A DNA stretch of 64,000 nucleotides from an uncultured Candidatus Binatia bacterium (GCA_964404165.1 CAYOIZ010000007.1:86897-150896); one strand, 5' to 3'; counted from the stretch's first letter, positions 36,701 through 46,369 are shown. The notes: generated by a model not told the origin, from the letters alone. Numbers and translations: made by a program.

Positions 36701-37434
36701 CCACCGAAACCAGCCAGCGTCCCGCGCTCGCCGACGCGCTGGCGCTCGCGATCGAGGTGCGCATCCGCGACAACGCCTGGATCCGTCGCGACGACGCCAA
36801 CATCGAGCTGGCCGCCGATCTACGGCTCGACAAGGCCTCGGGCGGACCGCTCCTCATCACCGGCAACGTGCGACTGGTGCGCGGGTGGTACGCCTTCCAG
36901 AGCCGCCGATTCGAGCTCGACGAGGGCTACATCACGTTCGACGGCACGAACCCGCCCGATCCCTACTTCGCCATCACCGCGACCCATCGCACCGGGCAGT
37001 ATCGCATCCTCGTCGAGATCGGCGGCACGGCCGAGAAGCCGACGCTGACCCTGTCGTCCGAGCCCGCGCTCGATCAGGCCGACATCCTCGCCGTCCTGCT
37101 CTTCGGCCGCCCGAGCAGCGACCTCGGCAGGGGCGAGAGCCTCGATCTCCAGCAGCAGGCGGTCTCGCTCGCGGCCGGTTACGTCATGCCCGAGCTGCGC
37201 TCGTCCGTGATGAACGCGCTCAGCCTCGACTCCCTCGAGGTCGGCGGCGAGGGCGTGCGGGCCGGTCGTTACGTCACGCAGGACGTCTTCGTCTCGCTGT
37301 CGCAGGAATTCGGCCCGCAGAAGGGCCAGGCGGTGGCCGTCGAGTACGGCGTCACGCCGAGCATCTCGCTCAAGCTGTCGACGTCGACGCGCGGTGACAG
37401 CGCCGTCGACCTGCTGTGGCACCACCGCTACTGA
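33733..37434 (+). CDS. tamB: TamB (translocation and assembly module subunit, DUF490 C-terminus)
   Basis: ATG at 33733 overlaps the tamA stop. N-terminal TM anchor, a long beta-rich body, and a C-terminal DUF490-like segment (...GWYAFQSRRFELDEGYITFDG...). Confidence 0.8.
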   Translation: MRRLARWVLRTVLVLVVLAALLVGGTLLYVRTTAGEAMLRTELVRLLTDVTGARVSLGPLRGSFVRTVDVTDIVLRFDGGTELRVGRLRATLSPLSLLHGLVLVDDVALERVRVRAVHTADGWGLPDLPDEDDTHDGRPLPRIVLRAVHVMDGRVAMALHDVAPRRQVAATALAVDAAVTIGPDGIEVRLDALTAVPRGLDLSPLTARGTLRLPTDGGITLADVVVATARSRLAASGTIVPHERIDLTLADLSVAAREARALLPFDLASDVRVTGRAGGAWDACAVTADVGLDPGGRIGVQGTIDLAASPPRWSSEVSLVAVDPAAVLATLPSGRVNGIVEGTGTGVDAAARIRLGPSTLAAQAIERAFLEASIDGGVARAGGRVAHAAGVASLRARARLDTPVRYRARTRADVTDLAALVPSTPGTAAVRATVAGVEPAGTGRTVRLQATLDRATVRGVALAGGTVTARLDGPRLHVDRAQLRGPGTEVTAWAAADLDTKQADATLDVQATLDVVGRQASLPMGGTATARATAAGRLDALAVDGRIVVERGRWETTDVRRLEVVGRADGIGGTEPSARGTLTAGAIHVPGRDPWDAAAELGWRRSAASDDGTLRASGRATNGAGARLALTAKHTAPTTLVQLTELVLAPAEQPAWQLARPARVTVADGIAVDELALTAGAQRITLSGHAGASGAADATLRASGIGVAALCGLMAKGPRCGGTLTADARLTGTAAAPQLTATAAIDQLRIDDAVYGPLTARAQYAARALAVQGRLSYAQAGDLDVEGTVPIDLAWSGERHDLSSAPVSLALRTQGLDLAFLRAVAPTVVRRSDGRLTANLRLRGAWNDLRAEGGADLTMQRLELTATGVPYEDVRLRLRAAESSIVVEELSARGGDGTLTGSGRIALTGLRPGEADVRVRLSRFLAVRLPAYEAATDGDLTIGGPLTAPAIRGRIDLTRAVVRPSVLPSSNPSRQPDPTIEVVGLPPAPPTETSQRPALADALALAIEVRIRDNAWIRRDDANIELAADLRLDKASGGPLLITGNVRLVRGWYAFQSRRFELDEGYITFDGTNPPDPYFAITATHRTGQYRILVEIGGTAEKPTLTLSSEPALDQADILAVLLFGRPSSDLGRGESLDLQQQAVSLAAGYVMPELRSSVMNALSLDSLEVGGEGVRAGRYVTQDVFVSLSQEFGPQKGQAVAVEYGVTPSISLKLSTSTRGDSAVDLLWHHRY

Positions 37435-38144
37435 GCGGGTCGCGCGTCGCGCAGCAACGCCGCCGCGGCGGCACGATCGACCACCCACGTCACGGTCGGC
37501 GACGGCAGCACGAGCTGCACCGGACGCCGATCGATGTCGACGGGCTCACGCAGCGCCGCCGCCACCGCTGCGGCGCGCTCGTCGCCGGTGGCCGTCAGCA
37601 CCACGTGCCGCGCGGCCCGCAGCACGACGGGGGTGATGGTGACGCGTGGGGGCACGGCGTCCGCCACCGCCGCGACGGGGGCGTCCGCATGGAGGGCGGT
37701 GCTGCCGGGCGCGAGCGCCGCGATGCTGCCGTCGTCGGCGAGGTCGAGGAGGACGACGTCGAGCGCCGGCGGTGCGCCGTAGGATGCGAGCGTGGTGGCG
37801 TAGGCGGCCGCGACCGCCGTCGGATCGCCGGCGTCGACCGGCACGGCACGGATGCGATCGGCCGAGATGCCGCGCGGAGCGAAGAGGCTGTCGCGCGCCA
37901 CCTTGAGGTTGCCGTGCGCGTCGTCGGCGGTGGTGCAGCGCTCGTCGGTGAAGACGCAGGTGATCCGCGCCCAGGCGATCTCGCCGCGTGCCGCCAGTGC
38001 CAGCTGCAGCGCGCGGGCGCCCCGTCCACCACTGAGCGCCAGCGTCGCCGCGCCCGAGGCCGCGGCGGCCACCAGGTGCCTCGCCGCGATCTCCGCGGCG
38101 GCCTCGTAGGCCTCGGCGTCGGTCTGATACACCTCGAGCTGCAT
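37428..38144 (-). CDS. pgl: 6-phosphogluconolactonase
   Basis: Start re-set to the ATG at 38144 (MQLEVYQTDAEAYEAAAEIAARHL). LSGGRGA...DERCT motif. Confidence 0.75.
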   Translation of the reverse strand: MQLEVYQTDAEAYEAAAEIAARHLVAAAASGAATLALSGGRGARALQLALAARGEIAWARITCVFTDERCTTADDAHGNLKVARDSLFAPRGISADRIRAVPVDAGDPTAVAAAYATTLASYGAPPALDVVLLDLADDGSIAALAPGSTALHADAPVAAVADAVPPRVTITPVVLRAARHVVLTATGDERAAAVAAALREPVDIDRRPVQLVLPSPTVTWVVDRAAAAALLRDARPAQ

Positions 38145-38190
38145 GGGCGCGCTGCATAGCGGATCGACCCCGCCGGGGCCAACGCCACCG

Positions 38191-38973
38191 GTGGCGCTCA
38201 CCATCGCGGGCTCCGACCCGAGCGGCGGCGCCGGCATCCAGGCGGATCTGAAAACGTTCCTGGCCTTCCACGTCTACGGCGCGGCGGTGATCACGAGCCT
38301 CACGGTGCAGAATACCCGCGGCGTCTTCGGCCGTGACGATGCCCCCGCCGCGCTCGTGCTGGCGCAGCTCGCCGCCGTGCGCGACGACCTGCCCGTCGCG
38401 GCGGCGAAGACGGGCCTGCTGGCGACGGCGGCGCTGGTCGACGCCCTCGCCGGCGAGCTCGCCGCTCGCCCGCTCCCGTGGCTCGTCGTCGACCCGGTGC
38501 TGATCGCGACCAGCGGCGACGCGCTCACCGCCGGCGACACGTTGGCGGCGCTGCGCGCCCGCCTCCTGCCGCTCGCCACGCTGGTCACGCCGAATCTCGC
38601 CGAAGCCGCGGCGCTGCTCGGTCACCCCGTCGACGACGTCGCCAGCATGCGCGACGCCGCACGCGCGATCGCCGACCTCGGGACCCCGAACGTCCTCGTG
38701 AAGGGCGGCCACCTGCCCGGCCCCCCCCGGGACATCCTGTTCGCCGGCGGGGTCCTGCACGAGCTCGAGGGGGTGCGGGTCGGACCGGCATCGGCACACG
38801 GGACCGGCTGCACGCTGTCGGCGGCCATCACGGCGGGCCTTGCGCGCGGTGACGCGCTCGTCGCCGCCGTCGAGCGCGGCAAACGGTACGTCGAGCGGGC
38901 GCTCGCCGCCGCCGCACCGCTCGGGCACGGCAGTCGACCGCTCGACCACCGCGTATCCCCCGACGATCCGTGA
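38191..38973 (+). CDS. thiD: Hydroxymethylpyrimidine/phosphomethylpyrimidine kinase
   Basis: ALTIAGSDPSGGAGIQADLKT..., ...LVTPNLAEA..., ..GTGCTLSAAI. GTG at 38191 gives a typical N-terminus. An alternative ATG at 38143 would overlap the divergent pgl start. Confidence 0.85.
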   Translation: MALTIAGSDPSGGAGIQADLKTFLAFHVYGAAVITSLTVQNTRGVFGRDDAPAALVLAQLAAVRDDLPVAAAKTGLLATAALVDALAGELAARPLPWLVVDPVLIATSGDALTAGDTLAALRARLLPLATLVTPNLAEAAALLGHPVDDVASMRDAARAIADLGTPNVLVKGGHLPGPPRDILFAGGVLHELEGVRVGPASAHGTGCTLSAAITAGLARGDALVAAVERGKRYVERALAAAAPLGHGSRPLDHRVSPDDP

Positions 38974-39013
38974 CCCTTGCGATGCGAGGCCTCGGCTTGG
39001 TACGCGGCGCCGC

Positions 39014-39817
39014 ATGCAGACGACGCGCGTAGGGAACATCGACCTCGCCTGGTACGAACGCGGCAGTGGCCGCCCGGTCCTCTGCATCATGGGGCTCGGC
39101 GGACGCGCCACGGATTGGAACGAGGACTTCATGGCGCGCCTCGCGCCGCGCCATCGCCTCATCACCTTCGACAATCGCGGCACCGGTCGGTCGGATCGCC
39201 CCGAGGAGCCCTACACGCTCGATCAGATGGCCGACGAGGCCGTCGCCGTGATGCGCGCCGCGGGCGTCGAGCGGGCGCACGTCATGGGCACGTCCATGGG
39301 CGGCATGATCGCGCAGCTCGTGGCGCTGCGGCATCCCGACGTCGTCGAGCGGCTCGTGCTCCTCTGCACGCACATGGGTGGGCCCGGCATCACCCCGCCG
39401 GGACCCGCGGCGATGGCGCTGTTCAGCGCGGATCGGAGCCTTCCGCCCGACGTGCTCGTGCGTCAGTCGATGACGGCGATCACCGCACCGGGCTTCGCGG
39501 CACGCCATCCGGAGGCCATCGACGGCCTGGTCGCCCTGGCGGCGGCGCAGCCGACGCCGCCCGCGACCTTCATGCGCCAGATGCAGGCCATCATGACGAG
39601 CGACCGCAGCGCGCGCCTGGCGGAGATCCGCGTCCCCACGCTCGTCGTCCACGGTAGCGAGGATCCGCTCGTCCCACCGGCGAACGGCGCGGCGCTGGCG
39701 CGTGCCATTCCCGGGGCGCAGCACGTCGAGATCCCCGGCTGCGGTCACATGATGTCCTGGGAAGTTCCGGTGCGCCTCGCGACCGTGGTCGGGGATTTCC
39801 TCACCGCCGACGGTTGA
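39014..39817 (+). CDS. Alpha/beta-fold hydrolase
   Basis: Start re-set to the ATG at 39014. GTSMGG nucleophile elbow and ...HMMSWE... with a C-terminal His. Confidence 0.75.
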   Translation: MQTTRVGNIDLAWYERGSGRPVLCIMGLGGRATDWNEDFMARLAPRHRLITFDNRGTGRSDRPEEPYTLDQMADEAVAVMRAAGVERAHVMGTSMGGMIAQLVALRHPDVVERLVLLCTHMGGPGITPPGPAAMALFSADRSLPPDVLVRQSMTAITAPGFAARHPEAIDGLVALAAAQPTPPATFMRQMQAIMTSDRSARLAEIRVPTLVVHGSEDPLVPPANGAALARAIPGAQHVEIPGCGHMMSWEVPVRLATVVGDFLTADG

Positions 39818-40416
39818 CAAATACGCGCCCCACGACGACCATCGCGGCCATGGCGGAGGACGCGTCGATCGCGCCGACATTGCTGCTCGCGATGCCCCAG
39901 CTGCGCGATCCGAACTTCTCGCGCTCGGTGGTACTGCTCTGCGAGCACGGTCCCACCGGTGCGATGGGCTTCGTCGTCAATCGTCCGACCGAGGTGCGCG
40001 CCGCAAACGCCGTCGAGCTCGATCCGCCGGTCCGTGGCGACAGCGGGCTTCGCCTGTGGACCGGTGGTCCCGTCGAAACCCATCGCGGGTTCCTGCTCCT
40101 CGGTGCCGACCCCGGCATCGAAGCCTGTGAGCGTGTCGGCGACGGCTTCCATCTCACGACGTCGGCCGACATCCTGCGTGCCCTGCTCGAGGCGAACCCC
40201 ACCGAGCACGGCAACCAGCGCTGCCGGCTGCTGCTCGGCTACGCCGGCTGGGGTCCCGGTCAGCTCGACGCCGAGCTCGCGGCGTCGGCATGGATCACGG
40301 CCCCACCCGACCCCGATCTCGTGTTCGCCACCCCGCCCGACGAGATGTGGGAGTCGGCGATTCGCGGCCTCGGCATCGAGCCGATGGCGCTCGCGCCCGC
40401 GCCCGGCATCCAGTGA
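39814..40416 (+). CDS. YqgE/AlgH family protein (UPF0301/DUF179)
   Basis: ...PNFSRSVVLLCEHGPTGAMGFVVNRP... is a family hallmark. Confidence 0.75.
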   Translation: MTNTRPTTTIAAMAEDASIAPTLLLAMPQLRDPNFSRSVVLLCEHGPTGAMGFVVNRPTEVRAANAVELDPPVRGDSGLRLWTGGPVETHRGFLLLGADPGIEACERVGDGFHLTTSADILRALLEANPTEHGNQRCRLLLGYAGWGPGQLDAELAASAWITAPPDPDLVFATPPDEMWESAIRGLGIEPMALAPAPGIQ

Positions 40417-43400
40417 TCAGGGCGGGCCGACCGGCGACGGGCGGCTCCACGGCGTCAGCCGCCTGATCAGGTGACGCAGCCGCCGCGCAAAGCCCACGCG
40501 CCCCAGGTCGTCGAAGAGCGAGTAGGCCACCGGCGTGATCAGCAGCGTGATCACGAGCGACATCAGCTGGCCCCCGACGATGACCTTCGCGATCGAGCTG
40601 CGTGACCCCGACCCCGGACCCCGGCCGAGCGCGATCGGGATCATGCCGAGCACGAGCATGACCGTCGTCATCAGGATGGGCCGGAGCCGGACGCGGTTGG
40701 CTTCGAGGATCGCGGCGTCGCGCGGCATGCCGCGCGCCCGGAGCGTATTCGTGTAGTCGACCTGCAGGATGCCGTTCTTCTTCACCACGCCCAGCAGCAT
40801 GAAGAGGCCGAGCGTGCTGTAGATGTTGAGCGGCTCGCCGAGCAGCACGAGCGACAGCAGGGCGAACGGAATCACGAGCGGGAGGGCCAGCAGGATCGAG
40901 ATCGGATGCAGGAAGCTCTCGAACTGCGCCGCGAGCACCATGTACATGAAGAGGAAGCTCAGGGCGAAGGCGAGCAGGAAGTTCGAATTGCTCTCGTTGA
41001 GACCCTTCGCCCGCCCACCCCACTGGATGTTGTAGAGCGCCGGCATGTCGAGCTGATCGGCCATCTTCTGCGTGTGCGCCATAGCAGCACCGAGCGGCAC
41101 GTCCGGAAGCAGGTTGCCGAGGATCGTGACGGCACGCTGCCGATCGATGCGGTCGATCTGCGCCGGTCCCAGATCCTCACGGAGTCGCACCAGGTTGCCG
41201 AGCCGCACGAGACCGCCGTCGCGCGAGGCGACGGTGAGGTCGGCGACGTCCTGCGGCGTGCGGCGGCGACCGGGATCGGCGCGAAGCCAGATGTCGTACT
41301 GCTGATCGTCCTCTTTGAATTTCGAGACGGGCTGACCGGCGATGAACGTCTGCACCGTGGCGGCGATGTCCTGGACGTTGAGCCCCAGATCCGACGCCTT
41401 CTCGCGATCGATCATGAGGCGCAGCTCGGGCGTGCGGACGGCGAGCGTGGTGTCGACGTCGACGAGCCCCGGCATCTGGCGCATGCCCGCCATCAGCTGC
41501 TCCGCGTAGCCCTGGAGGCGCTCGAGATCGGGTCCACGCAGGTTCAGCTCGACGTCGGACACGCGCGAGCCGCTGCTCGCCAGCGGATTCACGCCCTGCA
41601 CGCTGCTCCGCAGGTCGGGGTACTCCTTCAGGATGGCGCGCGCCTGGTCCATCACCTCGAACTGTGAGACGTCGCGCTCGTTCATCTCCGAGAGCTGGAC
41701 GTAGATCGAGCCGCTGGTGACGTCGCCCTCGCCGGCGCGCACGCGACCGGTCTGGTCGCCGAGCGTGGTGAGCACGTTGACGACGCCCGGGAGCTTCCGG
41801 ACGCGCTCCTCGATCTCGGCGAGGACGCGCCCGCTCTCGCCGAGCGTGAACCCGCCCGGTGCCCGAATCGAGATCTCGAGCTCGCTCTGATCGTCCTGCG
41901 GCAGGAACGTCTTCCCGACCATGCCCATGAGCGGCACCGTCGTGACCACGATCACCAACGACGTCACCACGATCACCCAGCGGTGCCGCAACGACCAGGC
42001 GAGCAGGCGCTCGTAGCTCGCCTCGAGCCGGCGGTAGAATCGGCCGCCGTGCGCCTGGACGTCGCCGCGCCGCCGCAGCATGCGCGCGCTCAACGCCGGC
42101 GTCAGCGTGAACGAGATGAACAGCGACACCATGATGGCGACGGCGGTGGTGATGCCGAAGCTGTGGAAGAAGCGACCGACCCGCCCGGCCATGAACGCCA
42201 CCGGCAGGAAGATGATCACCAGGGACAGCGTCGTCGCCAGCACGGCGAGCGCGATCTCGGCGGTGCCCTTCGACGCCGCCTCCATCGGCGACTCGCCCTC
42301 GTCCTGGATGCGCCGGAAGATGTTCTCCAGGACGACGACCGCGTCGTCGATGACGATGCCGACCGCCAGCACCAACCCGAGCATGGTCAGGTTGTTCAGG
42401 GTGAAGTCCCACGCCCGCATGAACGTGAACGTCGCGATGATGGACGTGGGGATGGCGAGGCCGGCGACGACGGTGCTGCGCCAGTCGCGCATGAAGAGCA
42501 TGACGGTCAACGCCACCAGCACCGCCCCGAGCCACATGTGCTCGCGCACGGTGTCGATGGACGACTTGATGAAGCGCGACTGGTCGCGGATGACGCGCAG
42601 CTCGATGTCGGCCGGCAGCACGGATTCGAGCCGCTCGAGCTGATGCTGCACGCCCGCGATGACCTGGACGGTGTTGGTGCCCGACTGCTTGCGGACCAGG
42701 AGCTGCACGGCGTTCTCGCCGTTGAGGCGCGTCAGGCTCCGGGGCTCCACCACACCGTCCTCGGCGTGCCCGAGGTCGCGTACGTGCAGCGGCCGATCGC
42801 CGACGTGCGCCACGATGAGATCGTCGAAGTCGCGGACCTGCTCGATGCGGCCCATGGTACGCACGATCAGCTCGCGCCGTGTCTGATCGAGCCGCCCGCC
42901 GGGCAGCTCGATGTTCTGCTGGGCGATGGCGGACCGCACCTGGCTGATCGACAACCCCAGCGCCGTCAGGCGGTCGGGATCGACGAACACGTTGATGGCC
43001 CGCTCCTGACCGCCGAGCAGGATCACCTGCCCGACCCCCGGCATCGTCTCGATGACTTCCTTCACCTGCCGGCGCGCGAGCTCCGTCACCTCGCGCAGGC
43101 TGCGACGGCCGGAGATGGCGATGCTCATCACCGGGACGGCGTCGACGTCGAACTTGTCGATCACCGGCGAGTCGGTCCCCGTAGGGAGCTGGGCAAGCAC
43201 CGACGCCACCTTGTCGCGCACGTCCTGCGCCGCCACCTCGCGCGACTTCTCGAGGACGAAGCTCACGACGATCGCCGACACGCCCTCGCGCGTCGTGCTG
43301 CGCAGCTCCTCGATGCCCTCGATGGTGTTGATGGCCTCCTCGAGGATCTTGGTGACGCCGGTCTCCATCTCCTCGACCCCGGCCCCCTTCAACGTCGTCG

Positions 43401-43542
43401 TGACGGTGACGATCGGGAAGTCGATGTTCGGGAAGAGATCGACGCCGAGCTGTCGGTACGAAAACAACCCGAGGACCACCAGGCCGGCGACCAGCATGGT
43501 GGCGAAGACGGGCCGTCGGATGAAGACGTCCGCGAAATGCAC
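40417..43542 (-). CDS. RND efflux transporter permease (AcrB/CzcA family)
   Basis: 1041 aa with 12 TM helices and two large periplasmic loops. The N-terminus MHFADVFIRRPVFATMLVAGLVVLG is typical. Confidence 0.9.
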   Translation of the reverse strand: MHFADVFIRRPVFATMLVAGLVVLGLFSYRQLGVDLFPNIDFPIVTVTTTLKGAGVEEMETGVTKILEEAINTIEGIEELRSTTREGVSAIVVSFVLEKSREVAAQDVRDKVASVLAQLPTGTDSPVIDKFDVDAVPVMSIAISGRRSLREVTELARRQVKEVIETMPGVGQVILLGGQERAINVFVDPDRLTALGLSISQVRSAIAQQNIELPGGRLDQTRRELIVRTMGRIEQVRDFDDLIVAHVGDRPLHVRDLGHAEDGVVEPRSLTRLNGENAVQLLVRKQSGTNTVQVIAGVQHQLERLESVLPADIELRVIRDQSRFIKSSIDTVREHMWLGAVLVALTVMLFMRDWRSTVVAGLAIPTSIIATFTFMRAWDFTLNNLTMLGLVLAVGIVIDDAVVVLENIFRRIQDEGESPMEAASKGTAEIALAVLATTLSLVIIFLPVAFMAGRVGRFFHSFGITTAVAIMVSLFISFTLTPALSARMLRRRGDVQAHGGRFYRRLEASYERLLAWSLRHRWVIVVTSLVIVVTTVPLMGMVGKTFLPQDDQSELEISIRAPGGFTLGESGRVLAEIEERVRKLPGVVNVLTTLGDQTGRVRAGEGDVTSGSIYVQLSEMNERDVSQFEVMDQARAILKEYPDLRSSVQGVNPLASSGSRVSDVELNLRGPDLERLQGYAEQLMAGMRQMPGLVDVDTTLAVRTPELRLMIDREKASDLGLNVQDIAATVQTFIAGQPVSKFKEDDQQYDIWLRADPGRRRTPQDVADLTVASRDGGLVRLGNLVRLREDLGPAQIDRIDRQRAVTILGNLLPDVPLGAAMAHTQKMADQLDMPALYNIQWGGRAKGLNESNSNFLLAFALSFLFMYMVLAAQFESFLHPISILLALPLVIPFALLSLVLLGEPLNIYSTLGLFMLLGVVKKNGILQVDYTNTLRARGMPRDAAILEANRVRLRPILMTTVMLVLGMIPIALGRGPGSGSRSSIAKVIVGGQLMSLVITLLITPVAYSLFDDLGRVGFARRLRHLIRRLTPWSRPSPVGPP

Positions 43543-43543
43543 G

Positions 43544-44596
43544 TCAGGCTCCGGGGACCGCGTCGCCGCGGACGGCCACGGCCGCGCCGTCGGTGAGCCG
43601 CGACAGACCGCTCGTCGCCACCTGCTGGCCGCGCGTCACGCCCTCCGCGATCTCGACCCACCCGTCGCCGAGATCGACCCCGAGCGTGACGGGCCGCTCG
43701 CGCGCGACCCCGTCCTCGACGACGAACACCTTGGTGACGCCGGCGAACGTGGTGATCGCATTGCGTGGGACCGCGACCGCGCGTTCGTCGTGGCGCACCA
43801 CGACGTCGCCGTGGCCGAAGAAGCCGGGCCGGATGCGATGGTCGGCGTTGGGCACGAGGACCTCGAAGGCGAGCGCCCGCGCCGTGGGGTCGGACGCCGA
43901 GCCGACCCGGCTCACGTGGCCGAGGAACGTCTCGCCCGGATACGGATCGACGGTGATCCGAACCTCCTGCCCCGCCGCCAGCGACGGCACGTCGCGCTCC
44001 GGCACCTCGCCGCGGAACTTGAGGGGGTCGTCCTGCACCAGGCGAAAGCTCACGGTACCGGCGCGGACGTAGTCGCCGAGGTTCACGAGCCGGGCGGAGA
44101 CCGAGCCGTCGAACGGCGCGCGAATGGCCGCGCGTTCGAGCTCGATGCGCAGGCGATCGCGCCGCGCCCGCTCGACCGCAGCCTCGGTGCGCACCTTCTC
44201 GTACTCCTGCGGCGAGATGATGCCCTGGGTGACCAGCGGCTGCGCGCGCGCCTCGTCAGCCGCGGCCTTCGCCAGACTGGCCTCGGTCTCGCGCAGCCGC
44301 GCCTCGATGACGTCGCTGCGCACGGCGGCCAGCATCTGGCCCTTGCGCACGCGGTCACCGAGGTCGGCCTCGATCGTGATGACCTGCCCTTCCGTCTCGC
44401 TGGCGAGCTCCGCCTGCTCGTTGGCGGCGAGCGTCCCCACCACCGACACGGTGCGCTCGACCTCGCGCACGGCGACGGGCGAGATGGTGACAGAGACGGC
44501 GTTGCTGGCCGCATCCGGCACCGGCGCTTCCGCCTTCGACGTCCCGCCACACCCCGCGGCGAGCAGGACCCCGACCAGCAGCGCGACCGTTCTCAT
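43544..44596 (-). CDS. RND efflux periplasmic adaptor (membrane fusion protein, HlyD-like)
   Basis: Lipoprotein-like N-terminus (LLAAGCGG), coiled-coil hairpin and beta-barrel domains. Confidence 0.85.
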   Translation of the reverse strand: MRTVALLVGVLLAAGCGGTSKAEAPVPDAASNAVSVTISPVAVREVERTVSVVGTLAANEQAELASETEGQVITIEADLGDRVRKGQMLAAVRSDVIEARLRETEASLAKAAADEARAQPLVTQGIISPQEYEKVRTEAAVERARRDRLRIELERAAIRAPFDGSVSARLVNLGDYVRAGTVSFRLVQDDPLKFRGEVPERDVPSLAAGQEVRITVDPYPGETFLGHVSRVGSASDPTARALAFEVLVPNADHRIRPGFFGHGDVVVRHDERAVAVPRNAITTFAGVTKVFVVEDGVARERPVTLGVDLGDGWVEIAEGVTRGQQVATSGLSRLTDGAAVAVRGDAVPGA

Positions 44597-45171
44597 GCTG
44601 CACCTCGCTGCCGGCGCGCCCGTGCGCCGCCGATGCCGTGGAGGAAGACGTCGACGATGCGGGTCGCGACCGTTTCTGGCCGGTCGTCGGTCGCATGCTC
44701 GAGGATGCCGGCCCGCGCCAGCCCGAGGAGGAACGCCGAGGCCAGATGCCGCGCCGCGGGCGTGCCCCCGAGGCGATGGCGCGCCAGCACCTGATCGACC
44801 GCCTGCAGGACGCGATGACGGCCCGCGCGCGGGCGTCGTCGGCCCTGCTGCTCGTAGCGCTGCACCACGGTGAGGAGATGGGGGCGCCGCCAGAAGAGCC
44901 GCAGGATCGAGAGCACGATCTCGCGCAGCGTGACCTCGACCGGCGCGTCGGCCGCGGCGGCGGCGTCGACGTCGGCCGCCAGCTGCGTCAGGCTCGCCTG
45001 CAGCGTCACCTCGTGCAGCGCGTCCTTGGTGGGGAAGTAGAGGTAGACGGTGCCCTTCCCGACGCCGGCGCGGGTGGCGACCTCGCTCACCTGCACGCGA
45101 TGGAAATCGCGCTCGGCGAACACGGCGGTGGCGGCGGCGAGGATGCGGGCGCGTTTGTCGTCGGCAGGCAT
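44593..45171 (-). CDS. TetR family regulator of the efflux operon
   Basis: HTH RILAAATAVFAERDFHRVQVSEVATRAGVGKGTVYLYF. Overlaps the MFP start by 4 nt. Confidence 0.8.
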   Translation of the reverse strand: MPADDKRARILAAATAVFAERDFHRVQVSEVATRAGVGKGTVYLYFPTKDALHEVTLQASLTQLAADVDAAAAADAPVEVTLREIVLSILRLFWRRPHLLTVVQRYEQQGRRRPRAGRHRVLQAVDQVLARHRLGGTPAARHLASAFLLGLARAGILEHATDDRPETVATRIVDVFLHGIGGARARRQRGAA

Positions 45172-45208
45172 GACTGGCGGGTCAGTTTCCAGAACTGACC
45201 GGTCAGTT

Positions 45209-46369
45209 TCAGGTAGCAGGTGTGACCGGACGTGAAAAGAGCTCCCCCGGCTTCACGCGCCACGCCAGGGCCGCCGCCACCGCGAGCGGCACCGTGCCGG
45301 AGAGGAGCAGCGCCGCCCGCGCGCCCAGGGGTTGCGCGATCCCCCCGAGCACGAGGCTGCCGACGGGCGCCGTCCCCATGAACATCACGGTGTGCAGGCC
45401 CATGACGCGCCCGCGGTAGCGGTCGTCGACCATGAGCTGGATCAACGTGTTGGTCGTCGCCGTGAAGCGGATCATGCCGAGGCCCGCGACGGTCTGACAC
45501 AGCAGCGCCGTCTCGAATCGCGGGCTCGCCGCGACGCCGAGCAGCCCCACGCCGAACACCGCCAGGCCGCCGAGGAGATTGCGCCGGTGCTGGCCCGGCG
45601 ACCAGCGTCGCGACGCGAGGCGCAGCGCGGAGAGGACCGCGCCGACGCCGTACGCCGTCAGCAGGAGCCCGTAGCCGGTGGCCCCCTGCCCGAACGTGCG
45701 CTGCGAGAGCGACGGCATCAGGATGTTCGCCTGCAGCGAGAGCCCCGACACGAGCCCCAGCGCCACCAGCAACGCCGCCTGCACGGGCTGCCCGCGGACG
45801 TAGCGCAGGCCGGCGCGGAGATCGCGATGGCTGCGGTCGGGCGTCGCCGACCGCCGGGGATGGATGTGGAGCAGCGCCCAGATCACGCAGAGATAGCTGA
45901 GCCCGTTCAGGAGGAAGCACGGCGCCTCGCCGACGGTGGCGGCCAGCGTCCCGGCCAGCGCCGGACCGACGACGCGTGCCGTGTTGAAGATCGACGCGTT
46001 GAGCGCGATGGCGCTCGGGAGGTCGTCGGGCCCGACCATCTCGACGAGGAACGCCTGACGGATCGGGAGATCGAAGGCCCCGACGACACCGAGGAGGCAC
46101 GCCGTCACCGCGACGATGGGGACCGTCGCCAGATCGAGGGCTGCGAGCGTGCCGAGCGTCAGCGCCAGCAGCATTGCGAGCGACTGCGTCAGGAGGATGA
46201 GCTGGCGCTTCGGCAGCCGATCGGCGACGACGCCCGCGACCGGGGCCAGGCAGAGCACCGGCAGGTAGGCCGCGAAGGCGACGCTGCCGAGCACCAGCTC
46301 GGAGCCCGAGAGGCGGTAGACGAGCCACCCCTGCGCCACGCTCTGCATCCAGAAGCCGACGAGCGACAC
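45209..46369 (-). CDS. MFS transporter (EntS/MFS_3-like)
   Basis: 12 predicted TM helices. GTG start at 46369. The N-terminus looks about 20 aa short for the family. Confidence 0.7.
   Translation of the reverse strand: MSLVGFWMQSVAQGWLVYRLSGSELVLGSVAFAAYLPVLCLAPVAGVVADRLPKRQLILLTQSLAMLLALTLGTLAALDLATVPIVAVTACLLGVVGAFDLPIRQAFLVEMVGPDDLPSAIALNASIFNTARVVGPALAGTLAATVGEAPCFLLNGLSYLCVIWALLHIHPRRSATPDRSHRDLRAGLRYVRGQPVQAALLVALGLVSGLSLQANILMPSLSQRTFGQGATGYGLLLTAYGVGAVLSALRLASRRWSPGQHRRNLLGGLAVFGVGLLGVAASPRFETALLCQTVAGLGMIRFTATTNTLIQLMVDDRYRGRVMGLHTVMFMGTAPVGSLVLGGIAQPLGARAALLLSGTVPLAVAAALAWRVKPGELFSRPVTPAT

Noticed and set aside
38840-39013. 58-codon N-terminal extension of the alpha/beta hydrolase ORF.
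   Set aside because: The translation is Ser/Pro/Arg-rich and it overlaps the thiD 3' end. The ATG at 39014 gives a typical hydrolase N-terminus.
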